A stretch of 31,381 nt of DNA from Candidatus Hodarchaeota archaeon (GTDB taxonomy: Archaea; Asgardarchaeota; Heimdallarchaeia; Hodarchaeales; Hodarchaeaceae). Location: positions 1 to 31,381 of the forward strand of contig JAEOTM010000124.1 in assembly GCA_016839815.1 (NCBI GenBank), read 5' to 3'. Below, piece by piece: positions 19,638-28,522 of the stretch (the first letter of the stretch is position 1; the number at the start of each line of letters is the position of its first letter). The notes beneath the pieces are model-generated. The model was not told the origin of the DNA. It ran no database searches and worked only from the letters and a program-made list of their open reading frames with translations. The translations under genes and the position numbers were made by a program.

Positions 19638-21833
19638 TCATCTTCCTATTAGTCCTCTTAAGAAGAAATATACAACACCTATAATCGAAAGTAACCAGAT
19701 TAACAGGACTATACCGTAATAATAAATATTTTCTACTGTAGAATTAATTATTATCATTGGAAAGATTGCTGGAATCATGATTGATACCAATGAGAATCCC
19801 CATATACCAGCTGTACCCAAAAGATATCCTACTGCCCCTGGTAGTAGAATCGTGGTGTATGCACGTGTACCACCAATTCTTACTACAGCATATTTGAGTA
19901 CATATGCGATTAAGATGGGTAACCACCAATAACCTCCTCGAAGACTGAGTAAGATTGGTGCAGCAATGGGATTTAGGGGCAACCAAGGACTACCCAATCG
20001 GATGATATTCAACCCTATTGCAAAGACCATACCCAAAATTGCCTGTCCCCAAATATCAACCCTGTAGCTCGTGAAATCCCAAAAACCTCCAGTCACTAAT
20101 GTATAAGCAGCCTCTGTATAATCAAAGTTGTGACCAGCTTCTCCTGACCATTCATTACTTAGACCATAGAAGTATGCAAAGAATGGCCATACAGTTAAGC
20201 ATAAAATAATTATAGCAACTACTGCAATAGCGTGACTCTTGAAGATATCGCGGGTAGGAGTCTTCGTGATTCGAGCAATATTGTAAGACTCCAATGCCGA
20301 AATCGCGGGGGCAGCAGGAGCAGCATCTCTCTGGAAGAACTGTATCCATAAAGCCGTTACATAGAATCCTGCCTGATCAACTGGTTTATTGTCCCCATCA
20401 ACTCCAATGAGTGCACGAACTGAATGAATACCATGAAGGTGAACATAACCAGGATGTCCAATTCCCATACCCGCAGTTTCTGCTCTAAGTCTTGCACCTG
20501 CTACATAAGCTATAAGTAGGAAGATTACAGCATAAACAGCGCCAATTAAAGGAGCGCCACTTAAGAGTAGGGACATCATAAATATGAGAGCACAAACGAA
20601 TAATCCAATCCAAGCGGCACGATAAGGAATTGGTTCATTCGATTCATCTATTACACTTGGATCCCAGATTGCTTTAATTGTTCTCCACAAATATCGACGC
20701 TGTAGAATGATGGCCCAGAAAGCACACCCAAATAAGATTCCCCATTCTCCAAATGTGAAAAGTGACATTCCACCTCCTTTTGCAAATCCTAAATCAATAT
20801 CTGGAGGTGACGCCCAGGGAGGACCTGTAGGTGGTGCAATTAAACCCATCTCTGTTTGGAAAATTGGAATTAAAATCCAGAATAGTAAATAAAAGATGAG
20901 TGACGAAAGTAGAACATTTAATGAGACCAAAAGGAACACTGCTATCATTACAGGTTCAGGGCGTGATTCAAGGAATGCATTAGGTAAGAATTGACTTAAA
21001 CCGAATTCTTGTCCGAAATCGATTCTTACTGCCCATGCCTTTCCAGGTTGGATACCCAAGAGATCGACATCAGCAAAGATATCTCCCCATTCAGGATAAA
21101 CTACTCTCAAAAACTCGAAAGACGACCAAATAATCCCAAGTAAAGCACCAAAAGATAACCAAGTATAGCGCCTTCTTCTGTCATGAGGTTTTGCAAAGGG
21201 GGCTTCTAGCAATTCCTGAACAGGTTGTGCAAGTGGAAACGCTAATCTTTCCACATCTATCCATGGTTTTCGAAATATTTGGATAAGGAATAAACACATG
21301 AAAGCCCAAGCAATCGATGTAATTGCCCAAAAAATAATTGGCAGTAACCATTCCCCAATATTTGGTAATACTCCTCCATCAAATGAGGCATAATATTCGG
21401 TAGATGATGGACCCCAGAATGAAGGAGCGAAATTTGAGGGAGGTGGTGATTCACCACGGAGAGGGTACATTGCATTTAGCAATAATCTTCCTGCTAGAAA
21501 TCCAGAATTCGTAATAGGGATGCCTACCACTAATAAACCCCAAATAAACGTTAATTCTTGACGAGTTAATTTTGTTCCTCTTAATCTTACTCTCTCAAGA
21601 GCTTGAAGACCAAAGATTAACAGGAAGAAGGGGAAAAGGATACTCATTTCTTCTATGAATATTTGTGGAGCTTCTCCAAAGTTACCAGCAAATATACTCA
21701 TCAATCCCCACAATAATAAGATCACCATTCCAATGGATAATGATCTTTTTGTTAATCCAGTTTGAGGCTGATCTAGTTCATCTATCTCAGTTGATTTTTC
21801 TGCTTTTTCGGCGTCTAAACTCATTTGAATCAC
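19638..21833 (-). CDS. Multi-pass membrane protein, DUF6785/DUF6784-like (distant OPT relative)
   Basis: Roughly 17 TM; GLTKR, LTRQEL, WLLPIIFW, RKPWIDVERLAFPLAQ, RLRAETAG, WLPLNPI, KYAVVRIGG..Y..P.AVG. Start may be ATG at 21824. Confidence 0.75.
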   Translation of the reverse strand: MIQMSLDAEKAEKSTEIDELDQPQTGLTKRSLSIGMVILLLWGLMSIFAGNFGEAPQIFIEEMSILFPFFLLIFGLQALERVRLRGTKLTRQELTFIWGLLVVGIPITNSGFLAGRLLLNAMYPLRGESPPPSNFAPSFWGPSSTEYYASFDGGVLPNIGEWLLPIIFWAITSIAWAFMCLFLIQIFRKPWIDVERLAFPLAQPVQELLEAPFAKPHDRRRRYTWLSFGALLGIIWSSFEFLRVVYPEWGDIFADVDLLGIQPGKAWAVRIDFGQEFGLSQFLPNAFLESRPEPVMIAVFLLVSLNVLLSSLIFYLLFWILIPIFQTEMGLIAPPTGPPWASPPDIDLGFAKGGGMSLFTFGEWGILFGCAFWAIILQRRYLWRTIKAIWDPSVIDESNEPIPYRAAWIGLFVCALIFMMSLLLSGAPLIGAVYAVIFLLIAYVAGARLRAETAGMGIGHPGYVHLHGIHSVRALIGVDGDNKPVDQAGFYVTALWIQFFQRDAAPAAPAISALESYNIARITKTPTRDIFKSHAIAVVAIIILCLTVWPFFAYFYGLSNEWSGEAGHNFDYTEAAYTLVTGGFWDFTSYRVDIWGQAILGMVFAIGLNIIRLGSPWLPLNPIAAPILLSLRGGYWWLPILIAYVLKYAVVRIGGTRAYTTILLPGAVGYLLGTAGIWGFSLVSIMIPAIFPMIIINSTVENIYYYGIVLLIWLLSIIGVVYFFLRGLIGR

Positions 21834-21894
21834 GCAAACCTAATAGAAGGGTAGAATAGTAAAAATAAATTAGCTCGTAGGAACGATACTAATG

Positions 21895-21909
21895 TATTAT
21901 TAAACTTTT
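21895..21909 (-). promoter_or_regulatory. Putative BRE/TATA promoter of the DUF6785-like / M28-FtsX / OPT-like operon
   Basis: Minus-strand AAAAG-TTTAATAATA about 60 nt upstream of the start. Confidence 0.5.
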
Positions 21910-22116
21910 ACCACCGATTGTAGATTCGCATATATAAATCGAAAAGTCTTAGAAATTGGGAGGTGGGCCTTTTAATTAGTTCATCCATTCGTAGTCAATA
22001 ATGAGTAAAGTTCTAGTCATTCAAAATCCACACAATAGACCAGTAGTAGAATTCCCAAATTTTGTATCAAGAGGCTACAGCACTAAGTAGAAAATATAAG
22101 GTGCAATTCTAATAAA

Positions 22117-24540
22117 TTGATTCCCATGAAACATCTCCAAGCTAGGTTTTTAATTTCAGAAAAACATTCACTTTTGTTAAAGAGAGAAAATAACGCATAC
22201 AAGACAATTTTTGAATCAAATAGAAAAGGCGAATGGAAGGAAAGCGCCTTAATCCCGTTAATTACTTTGGAAGAAAACCAACCAGTATGGGCGACGGAAC
22301 TTCACCTGAATGATAGTGAAAATGGTCAGATAAATCTCCTTTTGGAGACGAGAAAGGAAAAGAATTACATAATTTCTACAGAAATTAAAACAAGTCCGAA
22401 TTTTCATCCATGGCTTCATTTTAGAACTACTATTAATTTTGAAAAGGACTACACATTCAACGAAATGGGACCAGAAGTAAAACTGGATCTTGGGTTGAAA
22501 GATTATCGTTTAGAAAACATGGTATCAATTCGACAGCCAACACGCCACACACCCTCCACTGATGAATGGAAGTCAAATGATATGCCAGCTACGGCGATTT
22601 GGAACTTTAAAACCAGATTACAATCATTTTTCTTCATGAATTTTTCAGAAATGGAATGGATGTCCCCTCAAACTATCGAACGTTTCTCAATCTATGAGTG
22701 CGGAATTCAGTCCGACGGGTTAATCGGTTTAGTCCATAGAATTCCACTTAAATCACCAGTTACGTTTTCCAAAGGGACAGTGCTCAACTTTGATTTCTTT
22801 TTTCTTCAAGAATTCCGAGAAGAACACCCTACACAATGGGATTTAGTAGAAGATCTTACTAAGCACTGTTTTAAGCTCGTTCCAAGTTATGTCCCTTTTG
22901 CAAGGGAAGGTTTAAACTGGACAGATTTTTCTGAAGGATGCATAGATGATCTAATGAAGGAAAATCTTTGCTGGGTAGATCCCAAATCTCCTAAATATTT
23001 CGCATACGTAATGGATGACTCTGAACTCAAACGAAGGGAAGCTATTGGTAGATCAAATATCTTCGAAACAATGACGTTACTCTCACTACTTCCACCATGG
23101 ATCTTGTATTCACAAATACATCAAAAAACGGAAATAATAAATCATCTAAAACTAATGTACAAAACTCTAGAGCATTTTATTGACCAAGAATCAGATTATT
23201 TTTACAATAATATAAAATTTAACCCTAATGAAAGTCATGAAATAATAAAAGCGACGGAGTATTCTATTGGTGATTCCTGGTATTTTTTTGAACCAATATT
23301 AAGACTAGGATGGGTGATACGTCTCGCTCCTTTATTAGATTTAGGCCAAAATTATTATAGGACCTTCAAGAATATGGTGAAGATGTCCACTGAATTTGTT
23401 ACTAAGCACAATTATGAAATCACAGCATTTTATGACCCTTTTACTCAAAAACCTCTTCATGAAGTTCTCGATAAGGATGGAGAAAGAGAAGAGCTCTTGA
23501 AGTTGTCAAGGGGTAAAGAGGACATAATTTGGAAGAAGAAGGCAAAAAATTTCGCTTGTCTTGGGATTCACCTATATATTGTTGTAGAAGCATATTATTT
23601 ATTCCAAGAAAAGCACTACCTTGAAGAAGCGATCAAAAGTGCAAAGAAATTAGCCAGTTTTTCTCCAGACATGTTATTTTGGGAACCATTCGAGATTGCT
23701 TATGCAGTTTCTGGATTTACTGATCTAACAAAAATTACAAATGATAATACTTACCTAGAAGTGGCAAAAAGATTTCTATTAAATGAATTAAGAATGTTCT
23801 ATTGGTATGAGGATAATTCCTTTAATTGGAAGGGTAAAAGATCAAATTTAGGATTACCAATGGCCTGTATTGGTATTCGATATCCAGCAGTAAAAGAAAA
23901 TGTTGAGTCAGTCCTTCCTTGGTTAATGTATCTAAAAACTGCAATGAATATTAAGGGAATTATGATACCCGAGGGAATATTGAAATTCTTAAATCTCGTT
24001 AGGATAAATACTTTTTACTTCTTCTCAGATGTATTGCCAAAGGAATTTATATATCCTCCAAGAAGAAACACTCCTTGTCCGTATATTCCATTTGAAGATC
24101 TTGAAATGCTTGAAACAGCTCCACATTTTTCTGTATCACAAGAATATGTTGAAAAAGGGTCACGTACTGGAATTTTGGGAAGAGAAATCTACGGAGCAGG
24201 AGAAATAATATACCTTTATTTGATGTTTGAGGCGTTAGCTAAATGTAATGTGTCTGATATAATGATTTTAAATCTAGATCTGTTTGATTTCTCTTTACTA
24301 AAAGAATTCCCTCCTAAAATCCTTAATTTTGTACTATATAATCCTTTAGAAGAATCCACAAAATGTCAGGTCGTTTTTTACACATGCGAAACAGAAATGT
24401 ACAAGATGAAACTATATTCACTTCAATCTGCAAAAGTTGCTCAAAATCTCACTCTCTCAAAGAAAGAATTAGATAATGGGATAGAGTTTGTCTTGGATAA
24501 AGAAGAGGTCTTAAATGTCACACTTACTCCGATAGAGTAA
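22117..24540 (+). CDS. Cytoplasmic alpha/alpha-toroid glycoside-hydrolase-like protein with N-terminal beta domain (paralog of 6345..8213)
   Basis: No signal peptide or TM; GDSWYF, EAYYLFQEKHYLEEA, PFEDLE, GREIYGAGE..YLMFEAL. Start TTG 22117 or ATG 22126. Confidence 0.7.
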   Translation: MIPMKHLQARFLISEKHSLLLKRENNAYKTIFESNRKGEWKESALIPLITLEENQPVWATELHLNDSENGQINLLLETRKEKNYIISTEIKTSPNFHPWLHFRTTINFEKDYTFNEMGPEVKLDLGLKDYRLENMVSIRQPTRHTPSTDEWKSNDMPATAIWNFKTRLQSFFFMNFSEMEWMSPQTIERFSIYECGIQSDGLIGLVHRIPLKSPVTFSKGTVLNFDFFFLQEFREEHPTQWDLVEDLTKHCFKLVPSYVPFAREGLNWTDFSEGCIDDLMKENLCWVDPKSPKYFAYVMDDSELKRREAIGRSNIFETMTLLSLLPPWILYSQIHQKTEIINHLKLMYKTLEHFIDQESDYFYNNIKFNPNESHEIIKATEYSIGDSWYFFEPILRLGWVIRLAPLLDLGQNYYRTFKNMVKMSTEFVTKHNYEITAFYDPFTQKPLHEVLDKDGEREELLKLSRGKEDIIWKKKAKNFACLGIHLYIVVEAYYLFQEKHYLEEAIKSAKKLASFSPDMLFWEPFEIAYAVSGFTDLTKITNDNTYLEVAKRFLLNELRMFYWYEDNSFNWKGKRSNLGLPMACIGIRYPAVKENVESVLPWLMYLKTAMNIKGIMIPEGILKFLNLVRINTFYFFSDVLPKEFIYPPRRNTPCPYIPFEDLEMLETAPHFSVSQEYVEKGSRTGILGREIYGAGEIIYLYLMFEALAKCNVSDIMILNLDLFDFSLLKEFPPKILNFVLYNPLEESTKCQVVFYTCETEMYKMKLYSLQSAKVAQNLTLSKKELDNGIEFVLDKEEVLNVTLTPIE

Positions 24541-24566
24541 GTTATTTAACGAATAATTCGAATAAA

Positions 24567-24752
24567 TTAGCCACGACTTCTTGACATGCGTTGTCCATAA
24601 ATAGCTGTTGCTATAACCACAATGAGTAAGGTTATTTCAATAAGAAATAGGGATAGTTCACCAATTTCATTCATAACGTCAGTACTGAAAATAGCAAGTA
24701 GCAGAGCTATTACAACACATACACCCGCAATAATCTCATTGTTTTCTGCCAA
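24567..24752 (-). CDS. Small two-TM membrane protein (61 aa)
   Basis: Two hydrophobic stretches with a basic C-terminus; GGTGA RBS upstream of the TTG; fills an otherwise empty gap. Confidence 0.6.
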   Translation of the reverse strand: MAENNEIIAGVCVVIALLLAIFSTDVMNEIGELSLFLIEITLLIVVIATAIYGQRMSRSRG

Positions 24753-24845
24753 AATTTATTCACCAAAATTAGTATCGAACTTGTTTTTTTATTAATATTT
24801 TGTCAATTTTTAAGTTTTTTCCTGAAGAAATTACCTTATAGAGTG

Positions 24846-25583
24846 TTAATATGAAGGAATACTCACATCTTGCGAGGATATTGATACATCAATTCTTTTT
24901 TGCGTTCTTGTAATTTTACCATCACGTAACCAAGAAATCCTATCAGCAATATCAATTAATTTTAGATCATGAGTCGAATTAATCACAGTAACTCCAGTTT
25001 CATGTGAAATTTCTCGTAATAATTCAACAATGGCAAATCCTGTTTTTAAATCTAGATTTCCTGTGGGTTCGTCTGCTAGCACAAGACTTGGTTCTCCTGC
25101 CAGCGCGCGCGCGATAGCTACCCGCTGTTGCTGTCCTCCTGATAGTTCATCCGGTGTGTGGTTCATACGATCACCTAAACCAACACGCTCAAGCATTTCT
25201 TCAGCCCTCTTCCTTCGCTCTTTACGTGAGTATTTCTGAAAGACTAAGGGTAAAGCAACATTTTCCAATGCGGTAATGACTGGAACTAAATTGAATGTTT
25301 GGAAAATGAAACCAATTTTATATGCTCTTAAGGAAGCTAATTCTTTTTGAGTCATTTTGGAAAGGGGAACACCCTCAAAGTATACTTCTCCTTCTGAGGG
25401 AACGTCTAACGCACCAACCATATTGAGAAATGTTGTTTTCCCGCTACCTGATGGACCCATGATAACATGGAATTCACCACGGGGAATAGATAGAGAAATT
25501 CCATTTAATGCCTTGACTTCTTGAGTTCCCATTTGGTACGTCTTTACAACATTTTCCATCTGTATTGTAATGTTCTCTGTCAT
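24846..25583 (-). CDS. ABC transporter ATP-binding protein, MacB/LolD type
   Basis: Walker A GPSGSGKT, GFIFQTFNL, LSGGQQQRV, Walker B VLADEPT, H-loop STHD. ATG at 25583 follows a GGAGTGA RBS (track start GTG 25592). Confidence 0.95.
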   Translation of the reverse strand: MTENITIQMENVVKTYQMGTQEVKALNGISLSIPRGEFHVIMGPSGSGKTTFLNMVGALDVPSEGEVYFEGVPLSKMTQKELASLRAYKIGFIFQTFNLVPVITALENVALPLVFQKYSRKERRKRAEEMLERVGLGDRMNHTPDELSGGQQQRVAIARALAGEPSLVLADEPTGNLDLKTGFAIVELLREISHETGVTVINSTHDLKLIDIADRISWLRDGKITRTQKRIDVSISSQDVSIPSY

Positions 25584-25596
25584 GTTCTTCACTCCT

Positions 25597-26319
25597 TCAG
25601 GTCATCGCATCCACTTGTATATCCGCTCTATCTTCAATTCTATCTACTCTTCCATCACGAATCCAGATAATTCTGTCACTAATACTAATCATTTTCAGAT
25701 CATGAGTAGCAGAGACGATAGTTGTTCCTTGTTCTTCGTTGAGATTTCTGAGCAGTCCAATGATTTCTAATCCCGTGGCAAGGTCAAGGTTTGCTGTAGG
25801 TTCATCTGCTAGTATGATTGCGGGATCATTAGCTAAAGCTCTAGCTATGGCAACTCTTTGTTGTTGTCCTCCCGATAATTGTCCTGGTTTATTCTTAGCT
25901 CGATCTTCAAGCCCTACTAATTTTAATATCTCCTTTGATCTCTTCTTTCGATCCTCTCGTGGGACTCCAGCAAATACCATTGGGATTTCAACATTCTCTT
26001 GAGCAGAAAAGGCAAGTAGTAAGTTAAAGGTCTGAAAAATATACCCTATCTTCCTATTCCGTAACCATGCTAATTCGTATGCATCTAGTTCTGATATATC
26101 GACCTGATCGATATATATTTCTCCACTAGTAACTGTATCTAATCCCCCTATAGCATTGAATATTGTACTTTTACCTGATCCTGAAGGGCCCATAATGGAG
26201 ACATATTCTTCTCGTTTAATTTTGAAGGAAATCCCTTGAAGTGCATGAATGATAACCTTTCCTAATTGATATTGTTTATAAACATCATCTATTTCAACAA
26301 CATATTCTTCTAAACTCAT
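25597..26319 (-). CDS. ABC transporter ATP-binding protein, MacB/LolD type
   Basis: Walker A GPSGSGKS, GYIFQTFNL, LSGGQQQRV, ILADEPT, ATHD. Confidence 0.95.
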   Translation of the reverse strand: MSLEEYVVEIDDVYKQYQLGKVIIHALQGISFKIKREEYVSIMGPSGSGKSTIFNAIGGLDTVTSGEIYIDQVDISELDAYELAWLRNRKIGYIFQTFNLLLAFSAQENVEIPMVFAGVPREDRKKRSKEILKLVGLEDRAKNKPGQLSGGQQQRVAIARALANDPAIILADEPTANLDLATGLEIIGLLRNLNEEQGTTIVSATHDLKMISISDRIIWIRDGRVDRIEDRADIQVDAMT

Positions 26320-26334
26320 ATTTCAACCACCATA

Positions 26335-26937
26335 TTAGTTTTCATACCTTAAAGCTTCAGCTGGTGATAGTTTAGAAGCTCTCCGAGCAGGAATATACGT
26401 TGCTAGAGAAGTTAATACGATAGCTATTATTAGACAAGCTAGGAGTAACAAGATTATAGAAGTAATATTTGCTTCTAAGAGGACAATTAACTCATCTAGT
26501 GATGCTCTATTCAGATTTATTCCAATTCCCATTCCAATACCAATGATTCCTCCAAAAAATCCACCTAAAACTCCCAGAAGTAATGCTTCCACAATGAATA
26601 AGCGGACGATATGAGTATCTAATCCTCCAATGCATTTGTAAACTCCAATTTCCTTTACTCTTTCGTTAACGGCCATTAACATGGAATTAGTTATTCCCCC
26701 AAACGCAACTATTAATGAAATCCCAACTAACCAATACTGATATGCTTCTACACCCTTTTCTGTCTGTAACCAATCTAAGATAAGTGAATTTGTTAAGAGT
26801 GCAGCCATGAAGGCGATACCAAGTATAATGCCTAATGCTGTGATAACAGATCGGAAAAATCGTCTTCTAATATTTGAATATGAGAGATATAATACTTCGG
26901 AGAGTGAAAACTCTGGTTCGGGGAGATCTAGGCTCAT
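26335..26937 (-). CDS. Minimal FtsX-like ABC permease lacking an extracytoplasmic domain
   Basis: NIRRRFFRSVITALGIILGIA, GITNSMLMAVNERVKEIGVYKCIG, IPARRASKLSPAEALRYE; only about 15 aa between TM1 and TM2. Confidence 0.9.
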   Translation of the reverse strand: MSLDLPEPEFSLSEVLYLSYSNIRRRFFRSVITALGIILGIAFMAALLTNSLILDWLQTEKGVEAYQYWLVGISLIVAFGGITNSMLMAVNERVKEIGVYKCIGGLDTHIVRLFIVEALLLGVLGGFFGGIIGIGMGIGINLNRASLDELIVLLEANITSIILLLLACLIIAIVLTSLATYIPARRASKLSPAEALRYEN

Positions 26938-27311
26938 GCTATTACCTCCTCAGAACTTGATCTTTCCTCGTCCATCTCTATTCCTTTCATAACCTTCTCC
27001 CATTGAACGAGTTTCTCTGTTATATCAATAAGGTGCTTTCTAAGGATCTCGACTGTCTTTTCTTCGTTCATTCTAGTTGCATTCCACGTCACATATGGCG
27101 CATAGAATTTACCTTTTTCCAAAATAATTTTCCTATTCGTATCAATACGAAATTTCAAATACCCTAATTCTCTTAAGTAGCAATAATCATTTTTACAAAT
27201 GATATCGATTTCTCCACCTTCATCAGAATCTTTTTTCAAATAGAGAAGGGAGTAATCCGAATAGCCATTAATTGATTTGCCACATGGGCATTGAATAGTG
27301 TTTTCGGACAT
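26934..27311 (-). CDS. Small Cys4 (putative Zn-binding) protein, translationally coupled to the FtsX gene
   Basis: CPCG ... CKNDYC; ATGA stop/start overlap at 26934-26937. Confidence 0.75.
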   Translation of the reverse strand: MSENTIQCPCGKSINGYSDYSLLYLKKDSDEGGEIDIICKNDYCYLRELGYLKFRIDTNRKIILEKGKFYAPYVTWNATRMNEEKTVEILRKHLIDITEKLVQWEKVMKGIEMDEERSSSEEVIA

Positions 27312-27343
27312 AAATATTTATTCCTTGGATTATTCAAGAAGTT

Positions 27344-27373
27344 TACTTTAACCTAAATTAGCTGGTTAAAGTA
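27344..27373. repeat. Perfect 10-bp inverted repeat with 10-nt spacer upstream of the Cys4/FtsX/ATPase operon
   Basis: TACTTTAACC-taaattagct-GGTTAAAGTA, in the intergenic region between the dehydrogenase stop and the 125-aa start. Confidence 0.7.
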
Positions 27374-27404
27374 CTTTTGGAGTATCTTGTTTCCTATGAG
27401 GATT

Positions 27405-28451
27405 TTACGGTTTTATTAAAACCTTATTCACATCATCTAGCTGACTTTTTGCTAGAGAAATTGCTTTTTCGATACTCGTAAGTTGGAATTCATGGGAAAT
27501 CAATGAAGTAGGTGTTATTGTTTGATCAGATAGTAAATTTAAAGCCATTAGATTTGTGTCGGGATTAGTAAAGGATCCAAATAAGGAAATTTCGTTTGCA
27601 TATAATCTGTGAATATCTAAATTAATAGTTGACAGTGGATCAGCCACCCCAAAAATAAGTGCTTTTCCTCCTTTGTTGAGGCTATCAATTGCTTGCTTTG
27701 CTGTGAGCTTTGAACCTACACATTCTATTGCAACATCTACTCCCTGACCTTGAGTTTCAGTTTTAAGAGTTGGGAACACATCCTCCTCAAATGGGTCTAA
27801 AATAATATCTGCTCCGATTTTTTCCGCCAATTTTCTCCTGGATTTTACAGGTTCACTTACTAGCGTCTTACATTGTGTGGTTGCCTTGATAACAGAAAGC
27901 ATCAATAAGCCGATCGGCCCTCCCCCGATAATATAGATTACATCAGATTCAGTAATATCGATCTTATTCAAACCATGTAAACAACAAGCGAGCGGTTCCA
28001 TGAATGCAGCCGATTTTAAGGAGACATTTTCCGGTATCTTATACGCTACTGTACTTGGACATATCACATACTCCGCAAATGCTCCATTTCGTGTAACACC
28101 AATGGCTTCCCAAGATTGACAAAAATGATTTCGATTTTTTTCACAATAGTAACAAGAATCCCTTTGTAGATCATTACAGGATAAATTTGGGTTGATGGCT
28201 ACTCGATCTCCGATTTGTAAGTCATTTCTTAGCTTAGAACCAACTTTCACTATCTCTCCTGAAAATTCATGACCTGGTACTAATGGGTACTTTGCAAATG
28301 GGACTTTTCCATCAAATAGATGAATATCCGTCCCACAGAGACCACAATATCCAGTTTTTACGAGAATCTCGGTTTCTTTAATCTTTGGAATGTCAATCGT
28401 TTGTAAACTGACTTTTTCTGGCTCCACAAATAAAGCAACGTTATTTAACAA
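27405..28451 (-). CDS. Zn-dependent medium-chain dehydrogenase, sorbitol/polyol/sugar dehydrogenase-like
   Basis: GLCGTDIH, GHEFSG, four structural-Zn cysteines, EPLACCLH, GGGPIG Rossmann motif, acidic residue in SEP (NAD preference). Confidence 0.9.
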   Translation of the reverse strand: MLNNVALFVEPEKVSLQTIDIPKIKETEILVKTGYCGLCGTDIHLFDGKVPFAKYPLVPGHEFSGEIVKVGSKLRNDLQIGDRVAINPNLSCNDLQRDSCYYCEKNRNHFCQSWEAIGVTRNGAFAEYVICPSTVAYKIPENVSLKSAAFMEPLACCLHGLNKIDITESDVIYIIGGGPIGLLMLSVIKATTQCKTLVSEPVKSRRKLAEKIGADIILDPFEEDVFPTLKTETQGQGVDVAIECVGSKLTAKQAIDSLNKGGKALIFGVADPLSTINLDIHRLYANEISLFGSFTNPDTNLMALNLLSDQTITPTSLISHEFQLTSIEKAISLAKSQLDDVNKVLIKP

Positions 28452-28522
28452 TCCTAATAAACCTCTATTACATCTTCCGATAGTTAGCTATCTTCATCAT
28501 CATTCTAGGACTGGATCTTAAT

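Noticed and set aside
24563-24572. TAAATTAGCC, a 9/10 match to the putative operator
   Set aside because: Overlaps the stop codon of the 61-aa gene in a convergent gap, not a promoter position; likely chance
2011-26992. Numerous short (60-138 aa) alternative-frame or antisense ORFs in the track, e.g. 13201..13545, 14122..14538, 11095..11412, 25739..26002
   Set aside because: All lie inside longer, motif-supported genes and read as shadow translations with no RBS or family motifs
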